A stretch of 33,473 bases of DNA from Arcobacter sp. (GCA_965662175.1 CBFIGT010000012.1:1-33473); one strand, 5' to 3'; positions 1 to 8,586 are shown, counted from the stretch's first letter. The notes: a model not told the origin generated them from the sequence alone. Numbers and translations: made by a program.

Positions 1-14
1 TAACTTATATAATA

Positions 15-311
15 GTTATTATATTTCATATAATAACAGGAGAAGTCCTCTCCTCCTTTTCCCTAAAGGAAAAAGAAGTCAAGGACTCACGATTAAAATC
101 GTAGGAAGAAATTTGATACTTGTTTTTTACTCCTACGGAGTATATAAATAGTTGAGGAGATTTTAAACTTTATCAGATAAATAAGAGATATTAAATTAGA
201 TAATTATTAGATAAAGGTTTGATTATTGTTTTTCTTTCTGAATCTGTCTCCGACGGTATTTAGCGTAAATCGGAGATTTACTTATCTATATCTTTTTCAC
301 TTCGTGAAAAA
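15..311. repeat. Cluster of short perfect inverted repeats, several with GNA triloops
   Basis: GTTATTATAT-TTC-ATATAATAAC (15-37), AGGAGA-N5-TCTCCT (38-54), TTTTCC-N5-GGAAAA (57-73), ACGAT-N4-ATCGT (89-102), TACTCC-TAC-GGAGTA (128-142), GTAAATC-GGA-GATTTAC (265-281), TTTTTCAC-TTC-GTGAAAAA (293-311). Confidence 0.8.
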
Positions 312-435
312 TTCACTCAACCAATCCATAATATTTAAATAATATAAACCATTTTTAATCACTTTAATCAGTTCTGGGTTATATTTGTAGGTTTTTGATA
401 ATTTAGCTTAATAATTAGGTTAAAATTGCTACAAT

Positions 436-489
436 TTCTTACAACATTATTACAACAAAATTAATGTTCTTACAACAAGATTACAACAA
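436..489 (+). repeat. Two 23-bp direct repeats, each holding two TTACAACA units (candidate integrase arm-type or regulator sites)
   Basis: TTCTTACAACATTATTACAACAA (436-458) and TTCTTACAACAAGATTACAACAA (467-489); TTACAACA at 439, 450, 470, 481 (spacing 11/20/11). Confidence 0.8.
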
Positions 490-562
490 TAAGGAAAATT
501 ATGATGTATGAGAATCCCCATCAAATCGGACTTATTGGTTTAAATGGAACGCTTTTTGATTT

Positions 563-579
563 TCCTACCAGGCGTGCCA
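563..579 (+). mobile_element. Putative att site: isolated copy of a tRNA 3' end (tRNA-Arg-like), marking the boundary of an integrated element
   Basis: T-CCTAC-CAGGCGT-G-CCA parses as T60 + 5-nt T-stem 3' strand + 7-nt acceptor 3' strand + discriminator + CCA. No 5' half of a tRNA precedes it, and a hairpin AAGTTCGAT-AAT-ATCGGGCTT (586-606) follows. Confidence 0.6.
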
Positions 580-790
580 TCTTCAAAGTTCGATAATATC
601 GGGCTTGTATAGATTTTAAGCTTTTTGTTTAAGGTTTGTAGAAAAACATTTTACTAACCTATTGCTAACCATTATTAAATTTCACCAATCAAAATACACT
701 AGTCATTTTGAAAACCTTTTTACAAATTAGTGTTACGATTTTTTAAATAATTTAAGTAAAAAATTATATTGAAAATTTAATCTATATATT

Positions 791-1036
791 TTAATATCCC
801 ATATCCCATTCTGTATAGTTTTGTGGAATTCCTAGTTTTGAGGTATCTATATTTTCATTTGTTTCTGGGTCTATTACTTTTGATACATTATTTGTGATTA
901 GATTATCAACTGCTTCTTGTATGGATGCATATACTCCTAATGAATCTTCATTAAAAATAGGGTGATATTTTTTATTTTCATCTTGTCCAATGTCAAAAAT
1001 CCCAACATCAGTAGGGTATGATAGTAGTATTCTCAA
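791..1036 (-). CDS. Small acidic hypothetical protein (81 aa)
   Basis: TTG start with AAAGGAA RBS; natural-looking composition; no family recognised. Confidence 0.7.
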   Translation of the reverse strand: MRILLSYPTDVGIFDIGQDENKKYHPIFNEDSLGVYASIQEAVDNLITNNVSKVIDPETNENIDTSKLGIPQNYTEWDMGY

Positions 1037-1155
1037 GATAGTTCCTTTTTTAGATTAATCTTAACAAGCTATCCTTTGGATTTTTTTATATTGAAAAGTT
1101 AGTTTTCTAAATCAAAAAATAGTAAGATAAGAAAATATCTTATAAAAGGAAACTT

Positions 1156-2247
1156 ATGAAAAATCTATTGGGAAAATTGCTATTTCTATTTATTTTGTCC
1201 TCTTTATCACTTTTTGCTAAAACTATTATAAATAGTGAAATGATTTTAGAAAGTGATGATGTTATATGGGGTATGGATTTTATTGATGAAGATAATTTAA
1301 TATTTACAGAAAAGTCAGGTTCAATAAAAATTTTAAATCTTAAATCAAAAAAACTCAAAGAGATAAAACATAATCTAAATATATTTAATGTTGAGCAAGG
1401 TGGTTTATTAGATATAAAACTCTCTCCTTTTTATAAAGATGATAAGAAGTTTTATTTAACTTATTCAAAAAGAGTTTTAGACCAGGGTGCTACAACTTTA
1501 ATTGAAGCTACAATAGTTGATAATAAACTTATTGTTACTAATGAGTTATTACAAACAAAGTCATTATCAAATAAAGGTCACCATTTTGGGAGTAGAATTA
1601 CTTTTGATAAAAATGCTCACATATACTTTGGTATAGGGGATAGAGGCTTTAGAGATAATGCCCAAAATCTACTAAATCATGCTGGTTCTATTATAAGATT
1701 AAATTTAGATGGTACCATTCCAAAAGATAATCCTTTTATAAATAAAGAGTTTGCTTTAAAAGAGATTTACTCTTATGGACATAGAAATCCACAAGGTCTT
1801 TTTTATGATAAGAAAAGAGATATTTTATTTGAAATTGAGCATGGTCCAAGGGGTGGAGATGAGATAAATATTATAGAAAAAGCCAAAAATTATGGTTGGC
1901 CTGTAATTTCACATGGAAAAGAGTATTGGAGTAATGAAGCAGTGGGTGAAAGTACTCATAAAAAAGGTATGGAACAAGCTATTATGATTTATATTCCATC
2001 TATTGCACCTAGTTCTTTGATTGTTTATCAAGGAGAAAAGTTCAAGAGTTTAAAGGGAAAAATATTATCAACAGCACTGAAACTTCGTCATTTAAATATA
2101 ATTACTTTAGATGAGAGCTTAAAAGTTATAGATGAACAAAGAGTTTTAACAAAATTAAATGAAAGATTTAGAAATATTGTAGAGTCACCAAATGGGGAAC
2201 TATTTATCTCCACAGATAGTGGGAAAATATTTAAATTAACTAATTAA
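1156..2247 (+). CDS. PQQ-dependent soluble sugar dehydrogenase family protein (glucose/sorbosone dehydrogenase, YliI-like), secreted
   Basis: Signal peptide; QGGLLD, HFGSRITF, GDRG, YSYGHRNPQG, EHGPRGGDEIN, NYGWP, SIAPS motifs. Confidence 0.9.
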   Translation: MKNLLGKLLFLFILSSLSLFAKTIINSEMILESDDVIWGMDFIDEDNLIFTEKSGSIKILNLKSKKLKEIKHNLNIFNVEQGGLLDIKLSPFYKDDKKFYLTYSKRVLDQGATTLIEATIVDNKLIVTNELLQTKSLSNKGHHFGSRITFDKNAHIYFGIGDRGFRDNAQNLLNHAGSIIRLNLDGTIPKDNPFINKEFALKEIYSYGHRNPQGLFYDKKRDILFEIEHGPRGGDEINIIEKAKNYGWPVISHGKEYWSNEAVGESTHKKGMEQAIMIYIPSIAPSSLIVYQGEKFKSLKGKILSTALKLRHLNIITLDESLKVIDEQRVLTKLNERFRNIVESPNGELFISTDSGKIFKLTN

Positions 2248-2310
2248 CTTAAGAGTGCTATAAATTAATTTAAATAAAATGCAAAAATTGAAAATAAAAA
2301 AGGAAAAGCG

Positions 2311-2565
2311 ATGAATGTAGAGATATATTATTGCGGAATGTGAAACTATTTACCACAAGCTTCTAGGTTAGAAGAGGAATTAAAAGGTAATTTTCCAAAC
2401 GTAAATGTTAAAAAAGAGGTTGGCCGTGGTGGAACTTTTGAGGTTATTGTTGATGGTGTTCTTCTTTTTGATAAGTTAAGTTTGCCTTTAGATTTTGGGG
2501 GTGGAAGCTCTTTTCCAAAAGAGAATGAAATAACTGAAAAGATAAAAGCATTGAATGGAGTTTAA
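2311..2565 (+). CDS. SelT/SelW/SelH (Rdx family) selenoprotein, 84 aa, Sec at codon 11 (TGA 2341-2343)
   Basis: AGGAAA RBS then MNVEIYYCGM-U-NYLPQASRLEEELKGNFPNVNVKKEVGRGGTFEVIVDGVLLFDK...FPKENEITEKIKALNGV*; CxxU, GxFEVxVDG and FP motifs of the Rdx family, frame open past the TGA. Confidence 0.92.
2360..2374 (+). promoter_or_regulatory. Candidate bacterial SECIS apical hairpin
   Basis: CTTCTA-GGT-TAGAAG; loop begins with GG 22 nt after the in-frame TGA, as in the bacterial SECIS model. Confidence 0.65.
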
Positions 2566-2596
2566 TCCTATTCCTAAATAGAATTATAAATAAAAC

Positions 2597-2635
2597 AAGG
2601 GTTGTTTCTGTATAAATTTTATACAGTAAACCCTT
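2597..2635. promoter_or_regulatory. Long inverted repeat between the selenoprotein gene and the glucosylglycerate operon (terminator or operator)
   Basis: AAGGGTT..CTGTATAAA-T-TTTATACAG..AACCCTT; perfect 9-bp arms at 2608-2626. Confidence 0.55.
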
Positions 2636-2651
2636 TAATTTCACTACTCTC

Positions 2652-2663
2652 TTAAGATATACT
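2652..2663 (+). promoter_or_regulatory. Putative sigma70 -10 box of the operon, 6 nt upstream of the ATG
   Basis: TTAAGA-TATACT (TATACT 2658-2663); no Shine-Dalgarno before ATG 2670. Confidence 0.5.
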
Positions 2664-2669
2664 AAAAGT

Positions 2670-3461
2670 ATGTTACTTAAAAATATAAAAACAAACTATT
2701 TAATTTTCACAGATTTAGATGGCACTCTTTTAGACCACGAAACCTATAAGTTTAATGAAGCTAAAGAAATGCTTGATTATATTAAGCAAAATAATATTCC
2801 GCTTATAATAGTCACTAGCAAAACGAAAGATGAGGTTATAGAGCTACAAAAAAAACTTAAGATTTCATACCCTTTTATTATAGAAAATGGTGCTGGTATT
2901 TTTATTCCTAAAGATGATGATTATGAGATTATTTCATTAGGAAAGAGTTATGAAAGTACACTTGATGCTTTTAGAAAATATGCACTTACTTTCAAAATTA
3001 GAGGTTTTCATGAAATGAGTGATAAAGAGCTTGCTCAACTTACTGGTTTATCACACGATAAAGCAAGACTCGCTAGAAAAAGAACTTTTTCAGAACCTTT
3101 TATTTTGGAAGATGAAGATTTATCTTTAGAGGATTTATTGGATTTAGCTTTAGAAGATGGTTTTGATATTGTAAAAGGTGGAAGGTTTTATCATCTAATA
3201 ACAAAAGGTCAAGATAAAGCAAATGCCATTATTGCTATGAAAGATTATTATGAAAAACTTCATAACAAAACTTATCACACAGTAGCTTTAGGTGATGGGG
3301 AAAATGATATTACTATGTTAGAAAGTGTTCAAGTTCCAATTTTGATTAGAAAACATGATGATACTTTTATAAATTGTGATATTGAAAACCTAATAAAATC
3401 AAAATATATAGGACCTAAAGGTTGGAATGATAGTTTAAAAAAGGTTTTAGATGTTGAATAA
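2670..3461 (+). CDS. gpgP: HAD-IIB phosphatase, mannosyl/glucosyl-3-phosphoglycerate phosphatase family (GpgP/MpgP-like)
   Basis: DLDGTLL, TSKT, PFIIENG, GGRFYH, GDGENDITML, GPKGWN; context next to a GpgS-like gene. Confidence 0.85.
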   Translation: MLLKNIKTNYLIFTDLDGTLLDHETYKFNEAKEMLDYIKQNNIPLIIVTSKTKDEVIELQKKLKISYPFIIENGAGIFIPKDDDYEIISLGKSYESTLDAFRKYALTFKIRGFHEMSDKELAQLTGLSHDKARLARKRTFSEPFILEDEDLSLEDLLDLALEDGFDIVKGGRFYHLITKGQDKANAIIAMKDYYEKLHNKTYHTVALGDGENDITMLESVQVPILIRKHDDTFINCDIENLIKSKYIGPKGWNDSLKKVLDVE

Positions 3462-4758
3462 AGAGGAGTTTGAAAATAGTTTTTTAGAACTTTTGGAAAA
3501 TATCCATCCTAAAAAACTAATACTAAATCAGTGTAAATATCAAAATGATGCTTTTTATATAAAAGATGAATGTTTTTCTCTTCCAAAAAATAAAAAGATT
3601 CATCTTTTTGGTTCAGGAAAAGCTGCTATTTCTATGGCTGAAGCTATTTATGAAATTATGGAAGAGAAGATAAAAAGTGCTGTTCTTGTAACTCCTTATG
3701 ATAATGATTTAAAAAAACAAAACTTAGTTTATGTGAAAAGTACCCATCCAATACCAAGCCAAAAAAGTATTGATGCTTCAAATAGTTTGATTAAAGGATT
3801 AGAGAGTTTAGAAGAAGATGATTTTTTTATATATCTTTTATCAGGTGGAAACTCTAGTCTTGTAGAATTACCTGAAGATGGTATAAGTTTAGAAGATTTT
3901 CAAAATACTACAAAACTTATGTTACAAAACTCTATGCCCATTGAAGCTATTAATTGTGTTAGAAAACATATTTCAAAAGTAAAGGGTGGAAAACTAGCTA
4001 CTTATACAAAAGCAAAGGGTATTGTTTTAACCTTGAGTGATGTCTTAGGAGATGATTTAGAGGCTATTGGTTCAGCTCCTTTATATTTTGATAAGACAAG
4101 TTTTGATGATGCTATATTTTATTTAAAAAAGTTTGATTTATTTGAAAAAATTCCTTTATCTGTACAAAAACATATAAAAAATGGGAAAGATGGAAAAACT
4201 CCTGAAAATCCAAAAAATGAGAACCCAAATATAAAACACTATTTAATTGGCTCAAATGATATTTTATTAAATGAAGCAAAAAAAGTTTTAGAAAAAAGAG
4301 ATTTAAAACCTATTTTAGAAGATTTTAAAATCAATGATGATGTAAATATTGTTTGTGAAAAGTTAATAGATTTTTGTAAAGATAAGAGTTCTGGATGTTT
4401 TATCTTTGGTGGTGAAGCAACTGTAAAAGTTGAGGGAAATGGTAAGGGTGGAAGAAATCAACATTTAGTTCTCTCTTTTTTAAATGCCTATCCAAAAGAT
4501 AAGGATATTATTTTTTTAAGTGGTGCAAGTGATGGAATTGATGGAAATTCAACTGCAAGTGGTGCAATTATTGATAGCAAAACTTTAAAAAAAGTAGATG
4601 AATTAAAACTTGATTTAAAAACTTATATGAATAATTTTGATTCAAATAGTTTTTTTGAAAAATTAAATCAACTTTTAATTCCAGGACCAACACATAACAA
4701 TATGTTAGATATTGTAATTATATATATAAATTCAAATAAAGGAGAAAAGAATGTCTGA
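3451..4758 (+). CDS. Glycerate kinase, MOFRL / class II family (glycerate 2-kinase)
   Basis: GSGKAA, HPIP, LSGGNSSL, RKHISKVKGG, SDVLGD, GGEATV, GGRNQ, SDGIDG. Confidence 0.9.
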   Translation: MLNKEEFENSFLELLENIHPKKLILNQCKYQNDAFYIKDECFSLPKNKKIHLFGSGKAAISMAEAIYEIMEEKIKSAVLVTPYDNDLKKQNLVYVKSTHPIPSQKSIDASNSLIKGLESLEEDDFFIYLLSGGNSSLVELPEDGISLEDFQNTTKLMLQNSMPIEAINCVRKHISKVKGGKLATYTKAKGIVLTLSDVLGDDLEAIGSAPLYFDKTSFDDAIFYLKKFDLFEKIPLSVQKHIKNGKDGKTPENPKNENPNIKHYLIGSNDILLNEAKKVLEKRDLKPILEDFKINDDVNIVCEKLIDFCKDKSSGCFIFGGEATVKVEGNGKGGRNQHLVLSFLNAYPKDKDIIFLSGASDGIDGNSTASGAIIDSKTLKKVDELKLDLKTYMNNFDSNSFFEKLNQLLIPGPTHNNMLDIVIIYINSNKGEKNV

Positions 4759-5962
4759 TTTCTTTCAAAATGGTGTTATAACTACCTTACAAAAGTTAGG
4801 GGATAGAACACTTGAGGATATGGAAAAAGAGCTTGAGAAATTTAGTGAAAGAAGAAGAATGGTTCTTCTTTTGCCAGCTCTTTATTCGGAGTTTGAAACT
4901 CCAGCAATGCATAAGATTATTGAAGAGTTAAAAAGTGTTAAATATTTATACAAAATTATATTAGGACTTGATAGAGCTACAAAAGAGCAGTTTGAAGAGG
5001 TTAAAACTCTTATGTCAGTTTTACCTTGTAAAGTTGATGTCTTATGGAATGATGGCCCAAAAATAAAAGAGCTTTATGCTGAATTAACAAAAGAGGGTTT
5101 TCCCGGACTTGAAACTCCTGGAAAAGGAAGAAATGTTTGGACAATGTTAGGTTATGGATTAGCTGATAAAGATGCCTATGCTTTTGCCTTACATGATTGT
5201 GATATTGTAAATTATAATAGGGAAATTCCAGCACGTCTTTTTTATCCAATAGTTCATCCCGCACTTGATTTTGAGTTTAACAAAGGTTATTACTCAAGAG
5301 TAAACCAAAAACTTCATGGAAGAGCTACAAGATTACTTTATACTCCTTTAATAAACTCACTTAAAAAAGTTTATGGACATAATAGATATTTAGAGTATAT
5401 GGAGAGTTTTAGATATGCTTTATCTGGAGAATTTTCATTTATTAGATCAATGGGAAGAGGAATAGGAATATCACCCACTTGGGGACTTGAAGTTTCAACT
5501 TTAAGTGAGGTATATAAAAACACTTCAAATAGAAGAATTTGTCAAACTCAAATTATGGAGAGCTATGAACACAAACATCAAAATCTAGGAAGTCAAGATA
5601 GCGGTGATGGTATTTATAAAATGGCAAATGATATTGCAAAAACACTTTTTAGGGTTTTAGCTCAAGAGGGAGTTGTTTTCTCCTCTTCATCTTTTAAAAC
5701 ACTTTTAGCTACATATTTTCAAGAAGCACGATTTGAAATCTCTAAATATAGCGCTTTAAGTAAATTAAATGGTTTAGATTATGATAGGGAAAAAGAGATA
5801 CAAGCTGTAAATGCTTTTCAAGAGGCTATTAAAGAAGCAGCTGTTGAGTTTTATGAAGACCCAATGGGAATTCCATCTTTATCATCATGGATTACAGTAC
5901 GTTCTGTTTTACCTGATTTTTCAACAAAATTTATTAAATATGTAAAGGATGATAACCAATGA
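4751..5962 (+). CDS. gpgS: Glucosyl-3-phosphoglycerate synthase-like glycosyltransferase (marine/cyanobacterial GpgS type)
   Basis: MSDFFQNGVITTL N-terminus, GKGRNVW, HDCDI (DxD), KGYYSR, GRATRL, YALSGEF, WGLE, YEHKHQ. Confidence 0.8.
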   Translation: MSDFFQNGVITTLQKLGDRTLEDMEKELEKFSERRRMVLLLPALYSEFETPAMHKIIEELKSVKYLYKIILGLDRATKEQFEEVKTLMSVLPCKVDVLWNDGPKIKELYAELTKEGFPGLETPGKGRNVWTMLGYGLADKDAYAFALHDCDIVNYNREIPARLFYPIVHPALDFEFNKGYYSRVNQKLHGRATRLLYTPLINSLKKVYGHNRYLEYMESFRYALSGEFSFIRSMGRGIGISPTWGLEVSTLSEVYKNTSNRRICQTQIMESYEHKHQNLGSQDSGDGIYKMANDIAKTLFRVLAQEGVVFSSSSFKTLLATYFQEARFEISKYSALSKLNGLDYDREKEIQAVNAFQEAIKEAAVEFYEDPMGIPSLSSWITVRSVLPDFSTKFIKYVKDDNQ

Positions 5963-7713
5963 AAGCCCCAAAACAACTACATATCTCAGATAGCCAACAC
6001 ACTATAAATAAAAGAATAAACCGTTTATACCCAAAAGATATTGCACAAAGAGCTGTTAATGATATTATTGATTTAATCTTTAAATATAAACAAAGAATAA
6101 AATCAAAAGAGTATCACCTAAGTCAAAAAGATATTATTTTGATAACTTATGGTGATCAAGTTTCAAAATATCATGAAGCTTCCCTTGAAACACTAAACAA
6201 CTTTATGGATGAACACTTAAAAGGAGTTATAAACTCAATTCATATTTTACCTTTTTATCCATACTCCTCAGATGATGGTTTTTCTGTTGTAAATTATAAT
6301 GCCGTTGATCCTCATATGGGCTCTTGGAAAGAGATAGAGGCTATTAGTAAAGAGTATAGACTTATGGTAGATGGAGTTATTAATCATATCTCACAATTTT
6401 CTGATTGGTTTAAAGCTTATTTAGCAGGTGACCCATATTTTCAAGATTTTTTCATAGATGTAGACCCTGCAACTGATTTAAGTAAAGTTGTAAGACCACG
6501 AGCTAGCTCACTTTTGAGTGAGTTTATTGATGATGAGGGAAAAATAAGAAATATTTGGACAACTTTTTCAAAAGATCAAGTTGATTTAAACTACAAAAGT
6601 CATAGGGTTTTACGAAATGTTTTAGATGCTTTATTTTATTATATAGAAAAAGGGGCTACTTTAATAAGACTTGATGCCATAGCTTTTATCTGGAAAGAGA
6701 TAGGAACAGAGTGTGTTCATCTTCCTCAAACCCATGAATTAATACAACTAATGCGTGAGGTTTTACATGAAGTTGCACCTGAGGTTATAATTATTACTGA
6801 AACAAATGTTCCTCACCATGAAAATATTTCATACTTTGGAAGTGGTGATGATGAAGCACAGATGGTTTATAACTTTGCCTTACCACCACTTTTATTAAAC
6901 TCAATTTTACACTCAAATACAAAAAAACTAACAGCTTGGGCAAAAACTTTGACTTTGCCAAGTGATAAGGTATGTTTCTTTAATTTTACAGCAAGTCATG
7001 ATGGAATTGGTGTTAGACCTGTAAAAGGTATTTTAAGTGATGAAGAGCTTAATGATATTGTAGAAAGTGTAAAAGCTCATGGAGGTTTGGTTTCTTATAG
7101 AGCAGAAGCTGATGGAACTCAAACACCATATGAATTAAACTGTTCATACATCGATGCACTAAGTCATCCTGATGAGGACCAGTATATTAGAATAAAAAGA
7201 ATGTTAGTAACACAAGCTGCTGTTTTAGCAATGCCTGGAGTTCCAGGTATCTATTTTCACTCATTAGTTGGTTCACAAAATTATCATGATGGTGTAAAAC
7301 ACTCAGGAATAAATAGGACAATAAATAGAGAAAAATATAATATTGATTGGTTAGAAAATGAGCTCTCTACTCAAGGAAGTTTAGCAAAAACTATGTTTGA
7401 TTCATACAAAAGATTGATTTCTATTAGAATAAATGAAGAGGCTTTTAATCCATTTGGTGAGTTTGAATTCTTAGATTTAGATGATAGAATTTTTGCAATT
7501 GACCAGTTTTCTTGCGATAAAGAGTCAAGAATTTTAGCCTTACATAACTTCTCAAATGAAGAAGTTGAATTAACGATTCCTGATAACATTTCCTTACCAC
7601 TTTGTGATATACTCTCTTCAAACTGTATGATGCAACATGGAGATGATTGCGAAGAAACAAATAAAATCAAACTAGAACCTTACCAAATAATGTGGTTAAA
7701 AGGCAAAATTTAA
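5959..7713 (+). CDS. GH13_18 sugar phosphorylase, probably glucosylglycerate phosphorylase
   Basis: LITYGD, HILPFYPYSSDDGF, WTTFSKDQVDLN, RLDA (nucleophile), ITETN (acid/base), ASHDGIG, PYELN. ETN/YELN match glucosylglycerate phosphorylases rather than the EIH/YQVN of sucrose phosphorylases. Confidence 0.85.
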   Translation: MKAPKQLHISDSQHTINKRINRLYPKDIAQRAVNDIIDLIFKYKQRIKSKEYHLSQKDIILITYGDQVSKYHEASLETLNNFMDEHLKGVINSIHILPFYPYSSDDGFSVVNYNAVDPHMGSWKEIEAISKEYRLMVDGVINHISQFSDWFKAYLAGDPYFQDFFIDVDPATDLSKVVRPRASSLLSEFIDDEGKIRNIWTTFSKDQVDLNYKSHRVLRNVLDALFYYIEKGATLIRLDAIAFIWKEIGTECVHLPQTHELIQLMREVLHEVAPEVIIITETNVPHHENISYFGSGDDEAQMVYNFALPPLLLNSILHSNTKKLTAWAKTLTLPSDKVCFFNFTASHDGIGVRPVKGILSDEELNDIVESVKAHGGLVSYRAEADGTQTPYELNCSYIDALSHPDEDQYIRIKRMLVTQAAVLAMPGVPGIYFHSLVGSQNYHDGVKHSGINRTINREKYNIDWLENELSTQGSLAKTMFDSYKRLISIRINEEAFNPFGEFEFLDLDDRIFAIDQFSCDKESRILALHNFSNEEVELTIPDNISLPLCDILSSNCMMQHGDDCEETNKIKLEPYQIMWLKGKI

Positions 7714-7734
7714 AAAAAGAAAAGGATACAAAAA

Positions 7735-8586
7735 ATGAGTACTACAGAAAAACTAATTACAAGTTGTTTATTTCCAGCAGCAGGATATGGAACAAGATTT
7801 TTACCTGCAACAAAAGCAATGCCAAAAGAGATGTTACCAGTTCTTACAAAACCATTAATTCAATATGGTGTTGAAGAGGCTATGGAAGCTGGATGTGATG
7901 TAATGTCTGTAATTACAGGTCGTGGTAAAAGAGCTATTACAGATCATTTTGATATCTCTTATGAGTTAGAGCATCAAATTCAAGGTTCATCTAAAGAGAA
8001 GATGTTAAGTGATATTAGAAATATTATTGAAAAATGTACATTTACTTATACTAGACAAAATGAAATGAAAGGTTTAGGAGATGCAATTTATAAGGGAAAA
8101 GTTTTAGTAGGTGATTCTAATCCTTTTGCTGTAATCCTTGCTGATGACCTTTGTGTAAATCCAAAAGGTGATGGAGTTTTAGCACAAATGGTAAAACTTT
8201 ATAATAAGTATAGATGTTGTATAGTTGCGTGTATGGAAGTACCCAAAGAGGACGTTCATAAGTATGGTGTAATTGAGGGAACTCAAATGGAAGATGGCGT
8301 GTTTATGGTATCAAATATGGTTGAAAAACCTGATAATGATAAAGCACCCTCAAACCTTGCAGTTATAGGACGATATATTTTAACTCCAGATATTTTTGAG
8401 GTAATTAAAAATACAAAACCAGGTAAAAATGGAGAGTTACAAATTACAGATGCCTTATGTACGCAAGCAAAAAATGGAATGGTTTTAGCTTACAAATTCA
8501 AAGGTAAAAGATTTGATTGTGGATCTGTTGATGGATTCGTTGAAGCTACTAACTATTTTTATAATTTAGAGAGTAAAAAGAAGTAA
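7735..8586 (+). CDS. galU: UTP--glucose-1-phosphate uridylyltransferase
   Basis: AAGYGTRFLPATKAMPKEMLP, VEKP, GELQITDA, RFDCGS. Confidence 0.96.
   Translation: MSTTEKLITSCLFPAAGYGTRFLPATKAMPKEMLPVLTKPLIQYGVEEAMEAGCDVMSVITGRGKRAITDHFDISYELEHQIQGSSKEKMLSDIRNIIEKCTFTYTRQNEMKGLGDAIYKGKVLVGDSNPFAVILADDLCVNPKGDGVLAQMVKLYNKYRCCIVACMEVPKEDVHKYGVIEGTQMEDGVFMVSNMVEKPDNDKAPSNLAVIGRYILTPDIFEVIKNTKPGKNGELQITDALCTQAKNGMVLAYKFKGKRFDCGSVDGFVEATNYFYNLESKKK

Noticed and set aside
436..489. CRISPR array
   Set aside because: Only two 23-bp units separated by 8 bp; no spacers of proper length and no cas genes
510..579. Complete tRNA gene
   Set aside because: No 5' acceptor strand, D-arm or intact TTCGA T-loop upstream of the CCA end
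501..596. 31-codon ORF MMYENPHQIGLIGLNGTLFDFPTRRAIFKVR with an AAGGAAA RBS-like sequence
   Set aside because: It runs across the putative att junction and has no recognisable motif, so it is probably fortuitous; not fully excluded
2608..2626. LexA (SOS) box or HexR site
   Set aside because: CTGT-N11-ACAG does not fit the CTGT-N8-ACAG LexA spacing; resemblance to HexR sites is loose
2444..2644. 66-aa minus-strand ORF from the track
   Set aside because: Antisense shadow of the selenoprotein gene
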